A DNA stretch of 36,585 nucleotides from Thermoleophilia bacterium (GCA_025927435.1 JAICLM010000001.1:1-36585), one strand, 5' to 3'; shown: positions 8,593 to 20,314, counted from the stretch's first letter. The notes: generated by a model from the sequence alone, not told the origin. Translations and numbers: made by a program.

Positions 8593-9858
8593 TCAGCCGA
8601 GCTCGTGTGTCACCAGGGCGGCGACTTTAGCACAGAGCTCCTCGGCGGACTCGGCCGTTTCGGCCTCGGCGAGCACGCGGACGACGGGCTCGGTGCCGGA
8701 AGGACGCACGAGGACGCGGCCCGCGCCATCGAGCTCCGCGTTGACGTCCTCGACCGCCGCGAGCAGGTCGGCGGGCAGTGGACCGCGACCGGGACGCGGC
8801 AGGTTCCGCATCACTTGCGGGAAACGCGGCATGACCGCGACCGCCTCCGAGAGGGCGCGTCCGCGCAGCGCGCGGCAGAGGAGCAGCCCCGCAACGAGGC
8901 CGTCGCCAGTGACGTGGTCTTCGAGCCAGATCAGGTGGCCGGACTGCTCGCCGCCGAGGACGAACCCCTCACGGCGCAGCGCCTCGAGGACGTAGCGGTC
9001 GCCGACGTCGGTGACGACCACGCGGATGCCCCGCTCCTCCATGAGGCGGTGAAAGCCGAGATTGGTCATCGTCGTGACGGCGACGCCCTGCACCTCGAGA
9101 TCGAGCGCCAGGACGGCGAGGATCTGGTCGCCGTCGACCGGCTGTCCGCGCTCGTCCACGGCGAGCATGCGGTCGCCGTCGCCGTCGAAGGCGACGCCGA
9201 GATCGAGGCCGCCGGCGCGAACCGTGTCCGAGAGGAGGCCGAGATCGGTCGCGCCGCAGCCCACGTTGATGTTCGTCCCGTCCGGGTCGTTGCCGATTGC
9301 GGTGACCTCGGCCCCGAGCTGCTCGAACGCCTGCGGCGCCAGGCCCGCGTAGGCGCCGTTGGCGCAGTCGACGGCGATGCGGAGACCGGTCAGGTCGGAG
9401 CCGAACCGCTCGAGCACGTGCTCGAGGTAGCTGTCGGAGGCGACCTCGACACGGTCGATCTCCCCGCCGCCGGGAGCCGGGCCGTCGAGGAGCGCCTCGA
9501 TCTCCTCCTCGGCGGCGTCGGTCAGCTTGCGGCCGTCTCGGTCGAAGAACTTGACCCCGTTGTACTCGGGTGGGTTGTGCGAGGCGGAGATGACCGCGGC
9601 GAGATCGAGCCCGAGGAGGGCCACCGCCGGCGTCGGCAGGACGCCCGCAAGGACGGCGCTGCCGCCGGCGGAGGCGATCCCGTTCGCGAACGCCTGCTCG
9701 AGCTCGGGGCCGCTCCCACGCGTGTCGCGGCCGACGAAGACGCGCCCACGGCCGCACCAGGCGGCCGCGGCCTTGCCCAGCCGCTCGACGAGGTCGGCTG
9801 TCAGCGTCTCGCCGACGACGCCGCGAACGCCGTCTGTCCCGAAGTACTCCCGCGCCAC
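8593..9858 (-). CDS. glmM: phosphoglucosamine mutase
   Basis: YFGTDGVRG, active-site SASHNPPEYNG, GDGDR, C-terminal RPSGTEP. GTG start at 9858. Confidence 0.95.
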   Translation of the reverse strand: MAREYFGTDGVRGVVGETLTADLVERLGKAAAAWCGRGRVFVGRDTRGSGPELEQAFANGIASAGGSAVLAGVLPTPAVALLGLDLAAVISASHNPPEYNGVKFFDRDGRKLTDAAEEEIEALLDGPAPGGGEIDRVEVASDSYLEHVLERFGSDLTGLRIAVDCANGAYAGLAPQAFEQLGAEVTAIGNDPDGTNINVGCGATDLGLLSDTVRAGGLDLGVAFDGDGDRMLAVDERGQPVDGDQILAVLALDLEVQGVAVTTMTNLGFHRLMEERGIRVVVTDVGDRYVLEALRREGFVLGGEQSGHLIWLEDHVTGDGLVAGLLLCRALRGRALSEAVAVMPRFPQVMRNLPRPGRGPLPADLLAAVEDVNAELDGAGRVLVRPSGTEPVVRVLAEAETAESAEELCAKVAALVTHELG

Positions 9859-9866
9859 GGCGCGGG

Positions 9867-9872
9867 ACGATA
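9867..9872 (-). promoter_or_regulatory. -10-like hexamer TATCGT, 8 nt upstream of the glmM GTG
   Basis: Read directly (plus strand acgata), in the 19-nt gap after the oxidoreductase stop codon. No SD is present. Confidence 0.3.
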
Positions 9873-9877
9873 GCGGC

Positions 9878-10843
9878 TCAGATCGTCAGGACCAGCTTGC
9901 CGCGGACGTGTCCCTCGCCGAACGTCCGTAGCGCGTCCTGGGCCTCCGCGAGCCCGTACGTCCGGTCGATCGCCGGCTTCAGCTGGCCGCTCTCGAGCAT
10001 GTCGGCGAGGGTCTGGAGGTCCGGCTTGTTGAACTGCGCGACGTAGAACTTGACCCTCCCCTTGCTGAGACGCGTCGAGAGCCAGAGACCCGCGAGGTGG
10101 CCCAGCTGGTGGCGGCTGCCGTGTCCCCCGACGACGACGAGCCGCCCCTCCGGCTCGAGGGCGCGCTTGAGCGCGGACCAGGAGTGGCCGCCGGCAACGT
10201 CGGCGACCAGGTCGTACCGCTCTCCCTCGCGCGTGAAGTCCGTGCGCGTGTAGTCCAGCACGCGGTCGGCGCCGAGCGCACGCGTCTGCTCGATGTTGCG
10301 GGTGCTGCACACGGCGGTGACGTGTGCGCCGAGCGCCTTCGCGATCTGGACCGCCAGCGTCCCGACGCCGCCGGAGGCGCCGTTGATCAGCACGCGCTCG
10401 CCCGACTGCAGGTCGCCCTTGTCCCGGAGGCCCTGCAGCGCGGTCAGTCCTGCGATCCCCATGGTCGCCGCCTCTTCGAACGTGACGTTGGCCGGCTTGC
10501 GGACGACATTGATGGCGCTCACGTACTCGGCGAAAGCTCCGGTCCGGCCGCCGAACACCTCGTCGCCGGGCGCCAGATCGGTCACGTCCTTCCCCACGGC
10601 CTCGACCACTCCGGCGAAGTCGGTGCCGAAGAGAGCGCTCTTTGGACGCCGGACGCCGCCGCGGGTCACGGGCCGGAGGAGCCGCGGGAAGCCGCGCAAC
10701 TGATGGAAGTCGGCCTTGTTGAGCGAGCTGGCGCGGACGCGTACGAGCACGCGTTCGTCCTCGAGCTCCGGTTGCTCGACCTCTTCCACGCGCGCCACGC
10801 CCGGACCGCCGTATTCGTGTCGAACGAGTGCCTTCATCATCAT
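9878..10843 (-). CDS. NADPH:quinone oxidoreductase-like, medium-chain dehydrogenase/reductase superfamily
   Basis: MKALVRHEYGGP..., Rossmann motif INGASGGVGTLAVQIAK, C-terminal GHVRGKLVL. The start is set at ATG 10843 (MMMKAL) because GGAGGA lies 6-7 nt upstream. The ORF track extends to 10888. Confidence 0.88.
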   Translation of the reverse strand: MMMKALVRHEYGGPGVARVEEVEQPELEDERVLVRVRASSLNKADFHQLRGFPRLLRPVTRGGVRRPKSALFGTDFAGVVEAVGKDVTDLAPGDEVFGGRTGAFAEYVSAINVVRKPANVTFEEAATMGIAGLTALQGLRDKGDLQSGERVLINGASGGVGTLAVQIAKALGAHVTAVCSTRNIEQTRALGADRVLDYTRTDFTREGERYDLVADVAGGHSWSALKRALEPEGRLVVVGGHGSRHQLGHLAGLWLSTRLSKGRVKFYVAQFNKPDLQTLADMLESGQLKPAIDRTYGLAEAQDALRTFGEGHVRGKLVLTI

Positions 10844-10861
10844 GGGTCTTTCCTCCATACG

Positions 10862-10875
10862 CCGTAAGTTTACGG
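10862..10875. promoter_or_regulatory. candidate TetR operator: inverted repeat CCGTAA-GT-TTACGG
   Basis: Perfect 6-bp arms read directly in the 57-bp divergent region between the oxidoreductase and tetR. GTAAG recurs at 10864, 10877 and 10894. Confidence 0.4.
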
Positions 10876-10894
10876 TGTAAGATGACATACAGCG

Positions 10895-10900
10895 TAAGCT
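10895..10900 (+). promoter_or_regulatory. -10-like hexamer TAAGCT, abutting ATG 10901 and 6 nt upstream of in-frame ATG 10907
   Basis: Read directly. If functional, it implies that tetR is leaderless from the second ATG (MATTRRKPL...). Confidence 0.25.
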
Positions 10901-11551
10901 ATGTCAATGGCCACCACCAGACGGAAGCCCCTGAGCCGCGAGCGGATCCTCGACACGGCGCTCGCCCTCGTCGACGAGGAGGGAATCGACGCGCTCTCGA
11001 TGCGCAAGCTCGGGCAGGCGCTCGGCTACGAGGCGATGTCGCTCTACAACCACGTCGCGAACAAGGAGGATTTGCTCGCCGGGATCCTCGACCTCGTGCT
11101 GGCCGAGATGGAGCCGCCCGATCCTGCCGGCGGCCTCCCCGCGATCCGAGCGTCGGCCCTCTCGGCACACGGAGCGCTGAAGCGCCACCCCTGGGCGGCG
11201 AGCATGCTCATGTCGCCGAGCGGCATCCGCCCCGCCCGGATCGCGTACATGGAATCCCTCCTCGCGACGCTGCGGGGAACCGGGCTCTCCGCGGACACGA
11301 CGTATCACGCCTACCACGTGCTCGACGCGCACATCATCGGCTTCTCGCTCTGGGCGTCGACGCACGGGAAGCTGCCGGAGCACATCGAGGACGCGCGCGC
11401 CTGGTTCGAGGAGATGATCCCGGTTGCGACCCTCCCCTTCCTCCACGAGCACGGGCTGCAGCACCTCGACGAAGGGCCGCACCACGACGTGAGCGCGTTC
11501 GAGTTCGCGCTCGACCTGCTGCTCGGCGGCTTCGAGCGGTTACAGAGTTAG
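10901..11551 (+). CDS. TetR/AcrR-family transcriptional regulator
   Basis: The N-terminal HTH region reads [47 protein letters not shown]. The gene is divergent from the oxidoreductase. Alternative start at 10907. Confidence 0.9.
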   Translation: MSMATTRRKPLSRERILDTALALVDEEGIDALSMRKLGQALGYEAMSLYNHVANKEDLLAGILDLVLAEMEPPDPAGGLPAIRASALSAHGALKRHPWAASMLMSPSGIRPARIAYMESLLATLRGTGLSADTTYHAYHVLDAHIIGFSLWASTHGKLPEHIEDARAWFEEMIPVATLPFLHEHGLQHLDEGPHHDVSAFEFALDLLLGGFERLQS

Positions 11552-11943
11552 CGCTTGGAGAACTGCGGCGCCTTGCGCGCCTTGTGCAGGCCGGCCTTCT
11601 TGCGCTCGACCTGGCGTGCGTCGCGCGTGAGGAAGCCCTCGCGCTTGAGCGGCACGCGCAGCTCCGGGTTCGCCTCGACGAGCGCGCGGGCGATCCCGTG
11701 CCGCACGGCTCCGGCCTGTCCCGTCAGGCCTCCCCCGTGGACGCGGACGCGGAGGTCGTACTGCCCCTCGACGCCGGCGACCTTGAGCGGGGAGACGGCG
11801 ATCGTCTGCCAGACCGAGCGCGGGAAGTACTCCTCGAGCGTGCGACCGTTGACCCAGGTGGCGCCTCCGCCGGGTCGGAGGATGACGCGCGCGACCGAGG
11901 TCTTGCGCTTGCCGGTGCCGCGGTACTGCGCGATCTGGCTCAT
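11548..11943 (-). CDS. rpsI: 30S ribosomal protein S9
   Basis: [20 protein letters not shown]...[10 protein letters not shown]...[17 protein letters not shown]. These are the last 131 codons of ORF 11548..12333. ATGA overlap with the rplM stop. Confidence 0.97.
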   Translation of the reverse strand: MSQIAQYRGTGKRKTSVARVILRPGGGATWVNGRTLEEYFPRSVWQTIAVSPLKVAGVEGQYDLRVRVHGGGLTGQAGAVRHGIARALVEANPELRVPLKREGFLTRDARQVERKKAGLHKARKAPQFSKR

Positions 11944-12374
11944 TGCTCGGACTCCAGGGGCTTCGGGTTCTGGGCCTCGTGCGGATGCTCGGGGCCGGCG
12001 TAGATCTTGAGCTTGGTGATCTGCTGCCGCGCGAGCCGGTTCTTGGGGAGCATGCCCTTCACGGCGACGCGCAGCACCTCGGTCGGGCGGCGCTCGAGCT
12101 GCTCGCGCAGCGTCCGGCTCCGCAGCCCGCCGGGGTAGCCCGAATGGCGGTAGTACCGCTTCTGGTCGAGCTTGTTCCCGGTCACCTGGATCTTCTCGGC
12201 GTTGACGACGATCACGAAGTCGCCGGTGTCGACGTGCGGGGTGAACTGCGGCTTGCGCTTGCCGCGGAGCGTGTCGGCGATCTGGGTCGCGAGTCGGCCG
12301 AGCGTCTTGCCCTCGGCGTCGACGAGATACCACTCGCGCGTGATCTCTCCCGGCTTGGCGCTGTACGTCTTCAT
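11940..12374 (-). CDS. rplM: 50S ribosomal protein L13
   Basis: [33 protein letters not shown]...[11 protein letters not shown]...MLPKN. These are the last 144 codons of ORF 11940..13070. Confidence 0.97.
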   Translation of the reverse strand: MKTYSAKPGEITREWYLVDAEGKTLGRLATQIADTLRGKRKPQFTPHVDTGDFVIVVNAEKIQVTGNKLDQKRYYRHSGYPGGLRSRTLREQLERRPTEVLRVAVKGMLPKNRLARQQITKLKIYAGPEHPHEAQNPKPLESEQ

Positions 12375-12922
12375 AGAAAGCGGCGGACTCCGGCCCGCCG
12401 GCGGCCGATTGTAGCGAATGCGCGGCGCAATCCAGCCTCGAACTCGGCCGCGCCGCCGTGCGACGGATGGCGGACGTACGCCGCGTCGAGCGTCTCCGCG
12501 GCCAGCCGTCCGACCGCGATCGCGACGCGGTCGCGGGTCAGCTCGTAGAGGAACGGTGACGCGGCCCGCACCTCCGACCGCGTCGGCCTTCGGTTCGAGG
12601 TCTCGCTTCCCGGATGCGTCGGGACGACGTTCCAGAGCAGCACGTCGTCCTCGACGCCTAGCCTCGCGAGCACCCGGTGCACGATCGTCGCCGTCGCCTC
12701 TGCGGGGCGGGATCCGGTGAGCTGACGCTCGGACGTGAACGGGATTCCACTGATGCGCGCGCCGCGATAGCCCGCGGCTTCGCCGACGAGCACGAGGCTC
12801 GCATGTCGGCGCGTCTCGAGATACGAGCTCAGCCGGTCGCGACGGACGCGCGAGTCCGCGTACTGGTTGTAGGTCTCGCCGATGCTCGCGGCAGCGAGCC
12901 GGCTCACGAAATCGGATCGCAC
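12371..12922 (-). CDS. uracil-DNA glycosylase superfamily protein (family not assigned)
   Basis: [21 protein letters not shown] resembles UDG motif A (GExxG...G.PF), and VRHPSHGG resembles motif B (HPS). GTG start at 12922, 3 nt after the upstream stop. ATGA overlap with rplM. Confidence 0.65.
   Translation of the reverse strand: MRSDFVSRLAAASIGETYNQYADSRVRRDRLSSYLETRRHASLVLVGEAAGYRGARISGIPFTSERQLTGSRPAEATATIVHRVLARLGVEDDVLLWNVVPTHPGSETSNRRPTRSEVRAASPFLYELTRDRVAIAVGRLAAETLDAAYVRHPSHGGAAEFEAGLRRAFATIGRRRAGVRRFL
12381..12400 (-). promoter_or_regulatory. hairpin CGGCGG-N8-CCGCCG in the putative rplM leader; the loop contains GGAG and is followed by CUUUCU-AUG
   Basis: Read directly. It lies within the last codons of the UDG-like ORF, 6 nt upstream of the rplM ATG. 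Confidence 0.3.
12408..12413 (-). promoter_or_regulatory. -10 hexamer TACAAT, 33 nt upstream of the rplM ATG
   Basis: Read directly (plus strand attgta). This is a near-consensus -10 in a G+C-rich context. I found no convincing -35. Confidence 0.35.
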
Positions 12923-12925
12923 CCG

Positions 12926-15900
12926 TCAGGCCAGGACTTCGGCCGTGGCACCGGACGCCGAGGCGTCCACCCGATCGAGCCACGGCTGCGCCTCCAGGCG
13001 TTCGAACGTCTCGCGGGCCTCGGCCAGCAGTGTCCGGGCGTCGTCGGGCCGACCGCGAGCCGCGAGCCATTCGCCGTGCTCGAGCTGGACGACCGCGAGG
13101 TAGAAAGGCAGCTCGGCGGCGCGAAACTGTGCGGCAGCGGCGGTGAAGTGCCGATCTGCGCCCGGATCGTCTCCGGCGAGGCGGCCGCGGAAGCGGTGAG
13201 CCGTCGCCTGGAGGAACGGTGAGCTGAGCCCGGGGGGCAGCGCCTCTACGGTCTCCAGCAGCTCGTTCGCCTTCGCAACCTTGCCGAGTGCCAAGGCAGC
13301 TTCGAGCCCATGCAGGAAGGCGAACTTGATGTTCTGGCTGGTCACGCCCTGAGAGTCGCGAGCGGCAAATGCCTGCTGCGCCGACGCCAGCGCCGCAGAG
13401 TTGTTTCCCTCGGCGACCCGAACGGCAGCGACAGCAGCCTGGTATCCCGCTCCGGCCTGCGCGTCAGAGTCGCCGAGCTGTTCAAAGCGCGCCAACAGCT
13501 CGCGCGCCTCATCCAGACGCCCCCGGTGGAGATAGATCTCGAGGATGCCGCTCAGAGGCCCGATCAAATTCGTCGTCTTGCCGAATTGCTCCTCCGGGAG
13601 CTCGCCGAACCTTGTGAACGCCTCTCCCCAGCGGCCGAGCATCGTCAGCGCGTAGGACATCTCGCTCAGCGCGAACCATTCGCCCGCACGTCCACCGATC
13701 CGGCGGGCGAGGGCGACTGCCTCTTCGAGATAGCTCAGCGAGTCGGAGTAGCGATCTCGCTGGAGCGCGAGATCCGACAGATTGGAGCAGGCGCTGCCCG
13801 CGCTCGCGTAGTTCTCACGAGCGAGCGCAACTTCCCGAGAGAGCTGGAACAGGCCGCGCGCCTCCTCCGGGTGGCGCAGCGACACGATCCAGGCCTTGAT
13901 GCTCCAGCCGCGAACGAGAAGGTCAGGGAGTTGCAGCGCCTCTGCGAGATCAAGCCCACGCTCGGTGAGCTCCGCCGCGCGGTCGACGTTGCCGGCGAAG
14001 AAGTGCGCTGAGGCAAGCCGGAGAGCGACCAGAGCAAGGTCGGCATCCGGTGCGTCGTCGCCGATCGCGGCGTACACCTGCTCCAGGCGGTCGATGGCGG
14101 CCTCCACGCGCCCCAGCGAATGCTCGGCAAGACCGAGCCAGGCCGAAGCGCGAGCCGCGCCGTGCGTGTCGCCGGCAGACTCGTACAGGCCAACCGCCCG
14201 CTCGAACAACGAGAAGGCGCGATCGGCGTCCCCGGCTCTCGACGCCATCTCGCCCGCACGGGTCAGAGCCTCCCCTTGCTGCCGCGGATCGTGAACCAGC
14301 TCCGCGGCCTGCTCGAAGTAGCGTTGCGCCTCGGCAGCCGCACCAAGGGAGGTAGCGCGCTCGCCCGCCCGCACGAGCGCGTCGTGCGCCCGACCGCGCA
14401 GCGCCTCACCGCCGGGGCCGTCCGGGTCGAGCCGGTAGGCGTCGAGGAGATGCGAAGCAATGACCTCCGCAACTTCCTCCTCGCCCAGCGTGGCAGCGAG
14501 GTGCTCGGCGGCCGCGAGATGCTTCTCGCGGCGTTCACGCTTGGGCAGCGTCTCGTAGGCGACATGCCGCAACAAGTCCTGCAGGAACGTGTACTGGCCC
14601 TGTTCCGGCGACCGCGGGTCGGACTGCAGACCCAGGATTTCGCGCCGCACCATGCCGGAGAGGAGTTCGTCCAACGGCACGCCCTCCAGGCCGCTCAGCG
14701 CGGCCAGCGCCTGCGGCGTGAACGTCTTGCCGACCACTGCTGCGTCGCCCACCAGCCGCCGCTCGTCCGGTGTGAGCCCATCCAGGCGGGCCGCGATCAG
14801 GGCGTGCAACGTCTCGGGCACCTCGAGCGTCTCGATCTCTCCCACGAGCTCGTACCTCGAGCCGTCCTGCACCAGAAGACCCCGGTCTAGAAGCATCCGC
14901 ACGGTCTCGACCGCATAGAGCGGGACGCCCTCGGCGCGGGCGAGGATCTGGTCTCGCAACGTGGTCGGCAGGCCCGGTACCAGGCCGAGCAGAAGCTCCT
15001 GCATCGCTTGCTCCGAGAGCGGTTCGAGGTAGATCGACGTGAAGTTTCGGTGTCCTGCGCCCCAGGTCGGCCGCTTCTCCAACAGTTCCGGCCGGGCCAA
15101 CGTGATCACCAGTAGCGGCTTGTCACGTGACCACTCGAGCAGGTACTCGACGAAGTCGAGCAGCGAGCTGTCGGCCCACTGCATGTCCTCGAAAGCCAGG
15201 ACCGTCGGATACGTGTCCGCCAGTCGCTCGAAGAACAGGCGCCAGGCGGCAAACAGCTCCTGCCGCTCGTTCGAGGTTCCGTCGCTCAGACCGAGAAGCT
15301 GGGCCAGGCGCGGCTCGACGAAGCGGCGTTCCTCGGGATCGAGCAGATGCTCATTGAGCGCCGCGCTCAGCTTCGGCAGGGCCTCTTGCGAGCCTTCGTC
15401 CTCGGCGATCCCGCAGCGCCAGCGCACCATGTCCGCCAGCGCCCAGTAGGTCACGCCTTCGCCGTAGGCGAGGCAGCGGCCGCGATGCCAGTAGACGATC
15501 TGGCTGAGCCCGTCGAAGTACTTGTAGAACTCCCACGCGAGCCGCGACTTGCCGATCCCGGCAATCCCGGTGACGGACACGAGTTGCGCCCTCTGCTCGT
15601 CGGCGGAGATGTGGAACAGATCCTTGATCTGGCGGAGCTCGCGGTCGCGGCCGACGAACGGCGCCTCCAGGCCCTCCGAGCGGAGCTCGCCGCCGACTCC
15701 GGAAACGACACGCAGCGCACGCCATAGAGGCGTTTCGCCGTCTTTGCCTTTCAGCTCGTGGCTGCCGGCTTCTTCGTAGGCGATCGCGCGCTCCGAGGCA
15801 CGACGCGTCCCCTCGCCGACGAACACCGACCCCGGCTCCGCAACCGTTTGCACCCGCGAAGCGGTGTTCACGAGATCCCCGGCCACCATCCCCTCGCCGA

Positions 15901-16459
15901 CGGCAGCCAGGTTCACGGCGGCCTCGCCGGTCATGACGCCCGCTCGCGCCCGGAGCTCGGGCGCCCCGATCTCGTCGCCCAGCGCCGAGATCGCCGCCAC
16001 GAGATCGAGCGCGGCGCGCACCGCGCGCTCTGAGTCGTCCTCCGTCGCCACCGGCGTGCCCCAGACCGCCATCACGGCGTCGCCGATGAACTTCTCCACG
16101 ACGCCGCCGTACAGCTCGACCAGCCGTCGGCACGTGTCGAAATAGCGGGACAGCAGCTCCCGCACTTCCTCCGGGTCGCGCGACTCGGAGAGTGGCGTGA
16201 AACCGACCAGATCGGCGAAGAGCACCGACACGAGCCGACGCTCCGCGACCGCTGCCTCGACGGGCTCGCGCTCTGCGGGCCGTGGTGCCGAAGGCGCCCC
16301 GCCCAGGGCTGTCCCGCACTCACCGCAGAAGCTCTGGTCCGGTTCATACGGCGCGCCGCATGAAGGGCACTTGAGTTCGACCGCGAGGGGTTGGCCGCAC
16401 CCGATGCAGAACTTGCCACCCTCGCGGTTCTCGCGTCCGCAGGAAGCGCAGAGAACCAT
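12926..16459 (-). CDS. multidomain signalling protein: double zinc ribbon + class III adenylate/guanylate cyclase + P-loop STAND/AAA NTPase + TPR array
   Basis: The four domains can be read from the translation:
- Zinc ribbon: [19 protein letters not shown] and CPSCG...FCGECG.
- Cyclase domain: [12 protein letters not shown]...[12 protein letters not shown]...[11 protein letters not shown].
- Walker A: GIAGIGKS (nt 15545-15568).
- C-terminal ~450 aa: Ala/Leu-rich TPR-like repeats. Confidence 0.9.
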   Translation of the reverse strand: MVLCASCGRENREGGKFCIGCGQPLAVELKCPSCGAPYEPDQSFCGECGTALGGAPSAPRPAEREPVEAAVAERRLVSVLFADLVGFTPLSESRDPEEVRELLSRYFDTCRRLVELYGGVVEKFIGDAVMAVWGTPVATEDDSERAVRAALDLVAAISALGDEIGAPELRARAGVMTGEAAVNLAAVGEGMVAGDLVNTASRVQTVAEPGSVFVGEGTRRASERAIAYEEAGSHELKGKDGETPLWRALRVVSGVGGELRSEGLEAPFVGRDRELRQIKDLFHISADEQRAQLVSVTGIAGIGKSRLAWEFYKYFDGLSQIVYWHRGRCLAYGEGVTYWALADMVRWRCGIAEDEGSQEALPKLSAALNEHLLDPEERRFVEPRLAQLLGLSDGTSNERQELFAAWRLFFERLADTYPTVLAFEDMQWADSSLLDFVEYLLEWSRDKPLLVITLARPELLEKRPTWGAGHRNFTSIYLEPLSEQAMQELLLGLVPGLPTTLRDQILARAEGVPLYAVETVRMLLDRGLLVQDGSRYELVGEIETLEVPETLHALIAARLDGLTPDERRLVGDAAVVGKTFTPQALAALSGLEGVPLDELLSGMVRREILGLQSDPRSPEQGQYTFLQDLLRHVAYETLPKRERREKHLAAAEHLAATLGEEEVAEVIASHLLDAYRLDPDGPGGEALRGRAHDALVRAGERATSLGAAAEAQRYFEQAAELVHDPRQQGEALTRAGEMASRAGDADRAFSLFERAVGLYESAGDTHGAARASAWLGLAEHSLGRVEAAIDRLEQVYAAIGDDAPDADLALVALRLASAHFFAGNVDRAAELTERGLDLAEALQLPDLLVRGWSIKAWIVSLRHPEEARGLFQLSREVALARENYASAGSACSNLSDLALQRDRYSDSLSYLEEAVALARRIGGRAGEWFALSEMSYALTMLGRWGEAFTRFGELPEEQFGKTTNLIGPLSGILEIYLHRGRLDEARELLARFEQLGDSDAQAGAGYQAAVAAVRVAEGNNSAALASAQQAFAARDSQGVTSQNIKFAFLHGLEAALALGKVAKANELLETVEALPPGLSSPFLQATAHRFRGRLAGDDPGADRHFTAAAAQFRAAELPFYLAVVQLEHGEWLAARGRPDDARTLLAEARETFERLEAQPWLDRVDASASGATAEVLA

Positions 16460-16465
16460 CGCCAG

Positions 16466-16494
16466 AGCCTAGTCCGAGAATTGAGCGGTTACAA
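16466..16494 (-). promoter_or_regulatory. candidate promoter TTGTAA-N17-TAGGCT, with the -10 ending 6 nt before the cyclase ATG
   Basis: Read directly in the 29-nt gap. The -35 overlaps the nitroreductase stop codon. No SD is present. Confidence 0.4.
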
Positions 16495-17103
16495 AGCCTG
16501 GGCCCAGCGGTTCCAATGCACCAGCTCGTCGACCTGACGGCGACGCTGCGTGGCGCGGCTGGTCTTGGAACTCCAACCAGGATCCGGGAGCGGGTACCCG
16601 ATGCTGACGCCGGCGACGAGCGTGAGGTCGTCCGATATTCGGAGGAGGCCGCGCAACTTCCTCTCGTCGTCGCCGAAGATCCCGTAGACGGCTGCCGCGA
16701 GACCCTCCTCGATCGCGGCGAGCAGGATCAGCATCATCGCGGCTCCGGCGTCGACGTGCCAGAACGGAACCGGCCACTCGATCTCTTCCCCGTCCTGAAG
16801 CTTGTCGTCCCTCTGGTAGCGCTCGTGGTAGTCCGCCTCACGCGTCATCACGAAGACCTGGGCGGCGGCGGTCTCGAACCACGGCTCGACGCCCTCGAGG
16901 GGTTCGTCGTCGCCGAGCGCCGCGATCTGCGCGAGCAGAGGGGGATCGTCGACGACGAGCAGGCGCTGCCCCTGCGAGAACCCCGCGCTCGGCGCCCGCC
17001 GCACGGTCGCGACGATTCGCTCGAGCACGTCGCGCGGCACCGGCTCGCCGGAGTAGTGGCGAACCATGCGGCGCTGCTTCAGGAGGTCGTACAAGGAGCC
17101 CAT
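16489..17103 (-). CDS. nitroreductase-family protein
   Basis: RRMVRHYSGEPVPRDVLERIVATVRRAPSAGFSQ is a typical nitroreductase N-terminus. An AGGAGC SD lies in the 15-nt gap after guaA. Confidence 0.8.
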   Translation of the reverse strand: MGSLYDLLKQRRMVRHYSGEPVPRDVLERIVATVRRAPSAGFSQGQRLLVVDDPPLLAQIAALGDDEPLEGVEPWFETAAAQVFVMTREADYHERYQRDDKLQDGEEIEWPVPFWHVDAGAAMMLILLAAIEEGLAAAVYGIFGDDERKLRGLLRISDDLTLVAGVSIGYPLPDPGWSSKTSRATQRRRQVDELVHWNRWAQAL

Positions 17104-17118
17104 CTCGGGGCTCCTACG

Positions 17119-18639
17119 CTACTCCCACTCGATCGTCGCGGGCGGCTTCGACGTCACGTCGAGGACGACGCGGTTGACGCCGGGGATCTCGTTCACGATC
17201 CGCGCCGAGATCGTTTCCACGAGCTCGTACGGGAGCCGCGCCCAGTCGGCCGTCATCGCGTCGTCGCTCGTCACCGCACGAATCACGACCGGGTAGCCGT
17301 ATGTGCGCTCGTCGCCCTGTACGCCGACCGACCGCACCGCCGGGAGCACCGCGAACGACTGCCACAGGTCGCCGTAGAGACCGGCCCGCCGCACCTCCTC
17401 CTGCAGGACGGCGTCGGCCTGGCGCAGGATCTCGAGCCGCTCGGCGGTGACGGCGCCGATGATCCGGATCGCAAGGCCGGGCCCGGGGAACGGCTGGCGC
17501 CAGACCATCCGCTCTGGCATCCCGAGCTCCTCGCCCACGCGCCGCACCTCGTCCTTGAACAGCAGCCGCAGCGGCTCGACGAGGCGCATCTTCATGTCCT
17601 CGGGCAGGCCGCCGACGTTGTGGTGCGACTTGATCGTCGCGGCGACGCCCTCGGTGCCGCCCGACTCGATCACGTCGGAGTAGAGCGTGCCCTGCACGAG
17701 CCATTTGACGTCGCCGAGCTTCCGGGCCTCCTCCTCGAAGACGCGGATGAACTCGCGGCCGATGATCTTGCGCTTGTCCTCGGGCTCCTCGACGCCGTCG
17801 AGCAGCTCGAGGAAGCGCTCCTGCGCCTGGACGTGGACGAGTGGGACGTGAAAGTGCTCGCCGAACGTCTCGACCACCTGCTCGGCCTCGTCCTGGCGCA
17901 GCAGCCCGTGGTCGACGAAGACGCACGTCAGTTGCTCGCCGACTGCCTTGTGCACGAGCAGCGCGGCGACGGCCGAGTCGACGCCGCCCGAGAGAGCGCA
18001 CAAGACGCGCTCGCGCCCGACCTGCGAGCGGATCCGGGCCACCTGCTCCTCGATCACCGCAGCGGGAGTCCACGCGGGCGGCGCGTCGGCGACGGAGTAA
18101 AGGAAGTTCTTCAGCACGTCCATCCCGTGCGGCGTGTGGACGACCTCGGGATGGAACTGCACGCCGTAGAGGCCGCTCCCCGGAGCCTCGAACGCGGCTA
18201 CCGGCGTCGCGGGCGAGCTCGCGACCACGCTCGCTCCTTCCGGGGCAGCGACGACGGTGTCGCGGTGCGACATCCAGACGGTCTGCTCGGGAGGCGTGTC
18301 GGCGAGCAGCCGCGACTCGGTCACATCCATCGACGTGCGTCCGAACTCGGAGACGCCGGTGCGGTCGACGCGACCGCCGAGCTCGAGGGCCATGAGCTGA
18401 GCGCCGTAGCAGATGCCGAGCGTGGGGATCCCGAGCTCGAACAGGGCCGGATCGACGCGAGGCGCGTCGTCGGAGTAGACCGACGCCGGGCCGCCGCTGA
18501 GGACGAGCGCGTACGGGTTCCGGGCCCGCACCGCGTCGGGCGTGATCGTGTGGCCGACGAGCTCGGAGTAGACGCGGCACTCGCGCACGCGCCGGGCGAT
18601 CAGCTGCGAGTACTGCCCACCGAGATCGAGCACCAGCAC
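17119..18639 (-). CDS. guaA: GMP synthase (glutamine-hydrolysing)
   Basis: [26 protein letters not shown] (GATase Cys), SGGVDSAV (PP-loop), C-terminal [12 protein letters not shown] at 18639. The in-frame upstream residues (..DRP) look native, so the true start may lie slightly upstream at a non-canonical codon. Confidence 0.95.
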   Translation of the reverse strand: MLVLDLGGQYSQLIARRVRECRVYSELVGHTITPDAVRARNPYALVLSGGPASVYSDDAPRVDPALFELGIPTLGICYGAQLMALELGGRVDRTGVSEFGRTSMDVTESRLLADTPPEQTVWMSHRDTVVAAPEGASVVASSPATPVAAFEAPGSGLYGVQFHPEVVHTPHGMDVLKNFLYSVADAPPAWTPAAVIEEQVARIRSQVGRERVLCALSGGVDSAVAALLVHKAVGEQLTCVFVDHGLLRQDEAEQVVETFGEHFHVPLVHVQAQERFLELLDGVEEPEDKRKIIGREFIRVFEEEARKLGDVKWLVQGTLYSDVIESGGTEGVAATIKSHHNVGGLPEDMKMRLVEPLRLLFKDEVRRVGEELGMPERMVWRQPFPGPGLAIRIIGAVTAERLEILRQADAVLQEEVRRAGLYGDLWQSFAVLPAVRSVGVQGDERTYGYPVVIRAVTSDDAMTADWARLPYELVETISARIVNEIPGVNRVVLDVTSKPPATIEWE

Positions 18640-18679
18640 CGGCCGGTCGTCCCGCGCCGGAAGCTCCAGGACCTGCGCC

Positions 18680-20287
<1,608 letters not shown>

Positions 20288-20302
20288 TTAACAGGACGGC
20301 GT

Positions 20303-20308
20303 TACCGT
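20303..20308 (+). promoter_or_regulatory. -10-like hexamer TACCGT, 6 nt upstream of GTG 20315
   Basis: Read directly. It fits TANNNT and no SD is present. Confidence 0.3.
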
Positions 20309-20314
20309 CTCCGC

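Noticed and set aside
6494-8995. An 833-aa plus-strand ORF spanning the glmS and glmM region.
   Set aside because: It lies antisense to two unambiguous housekeeping genes. Its translation is a low-complexity Arg/Asp/Leu/Val/Glu mix typical of shadow frames in G+C-rich DNA, where stop codons are rare. No recognisable motifs.
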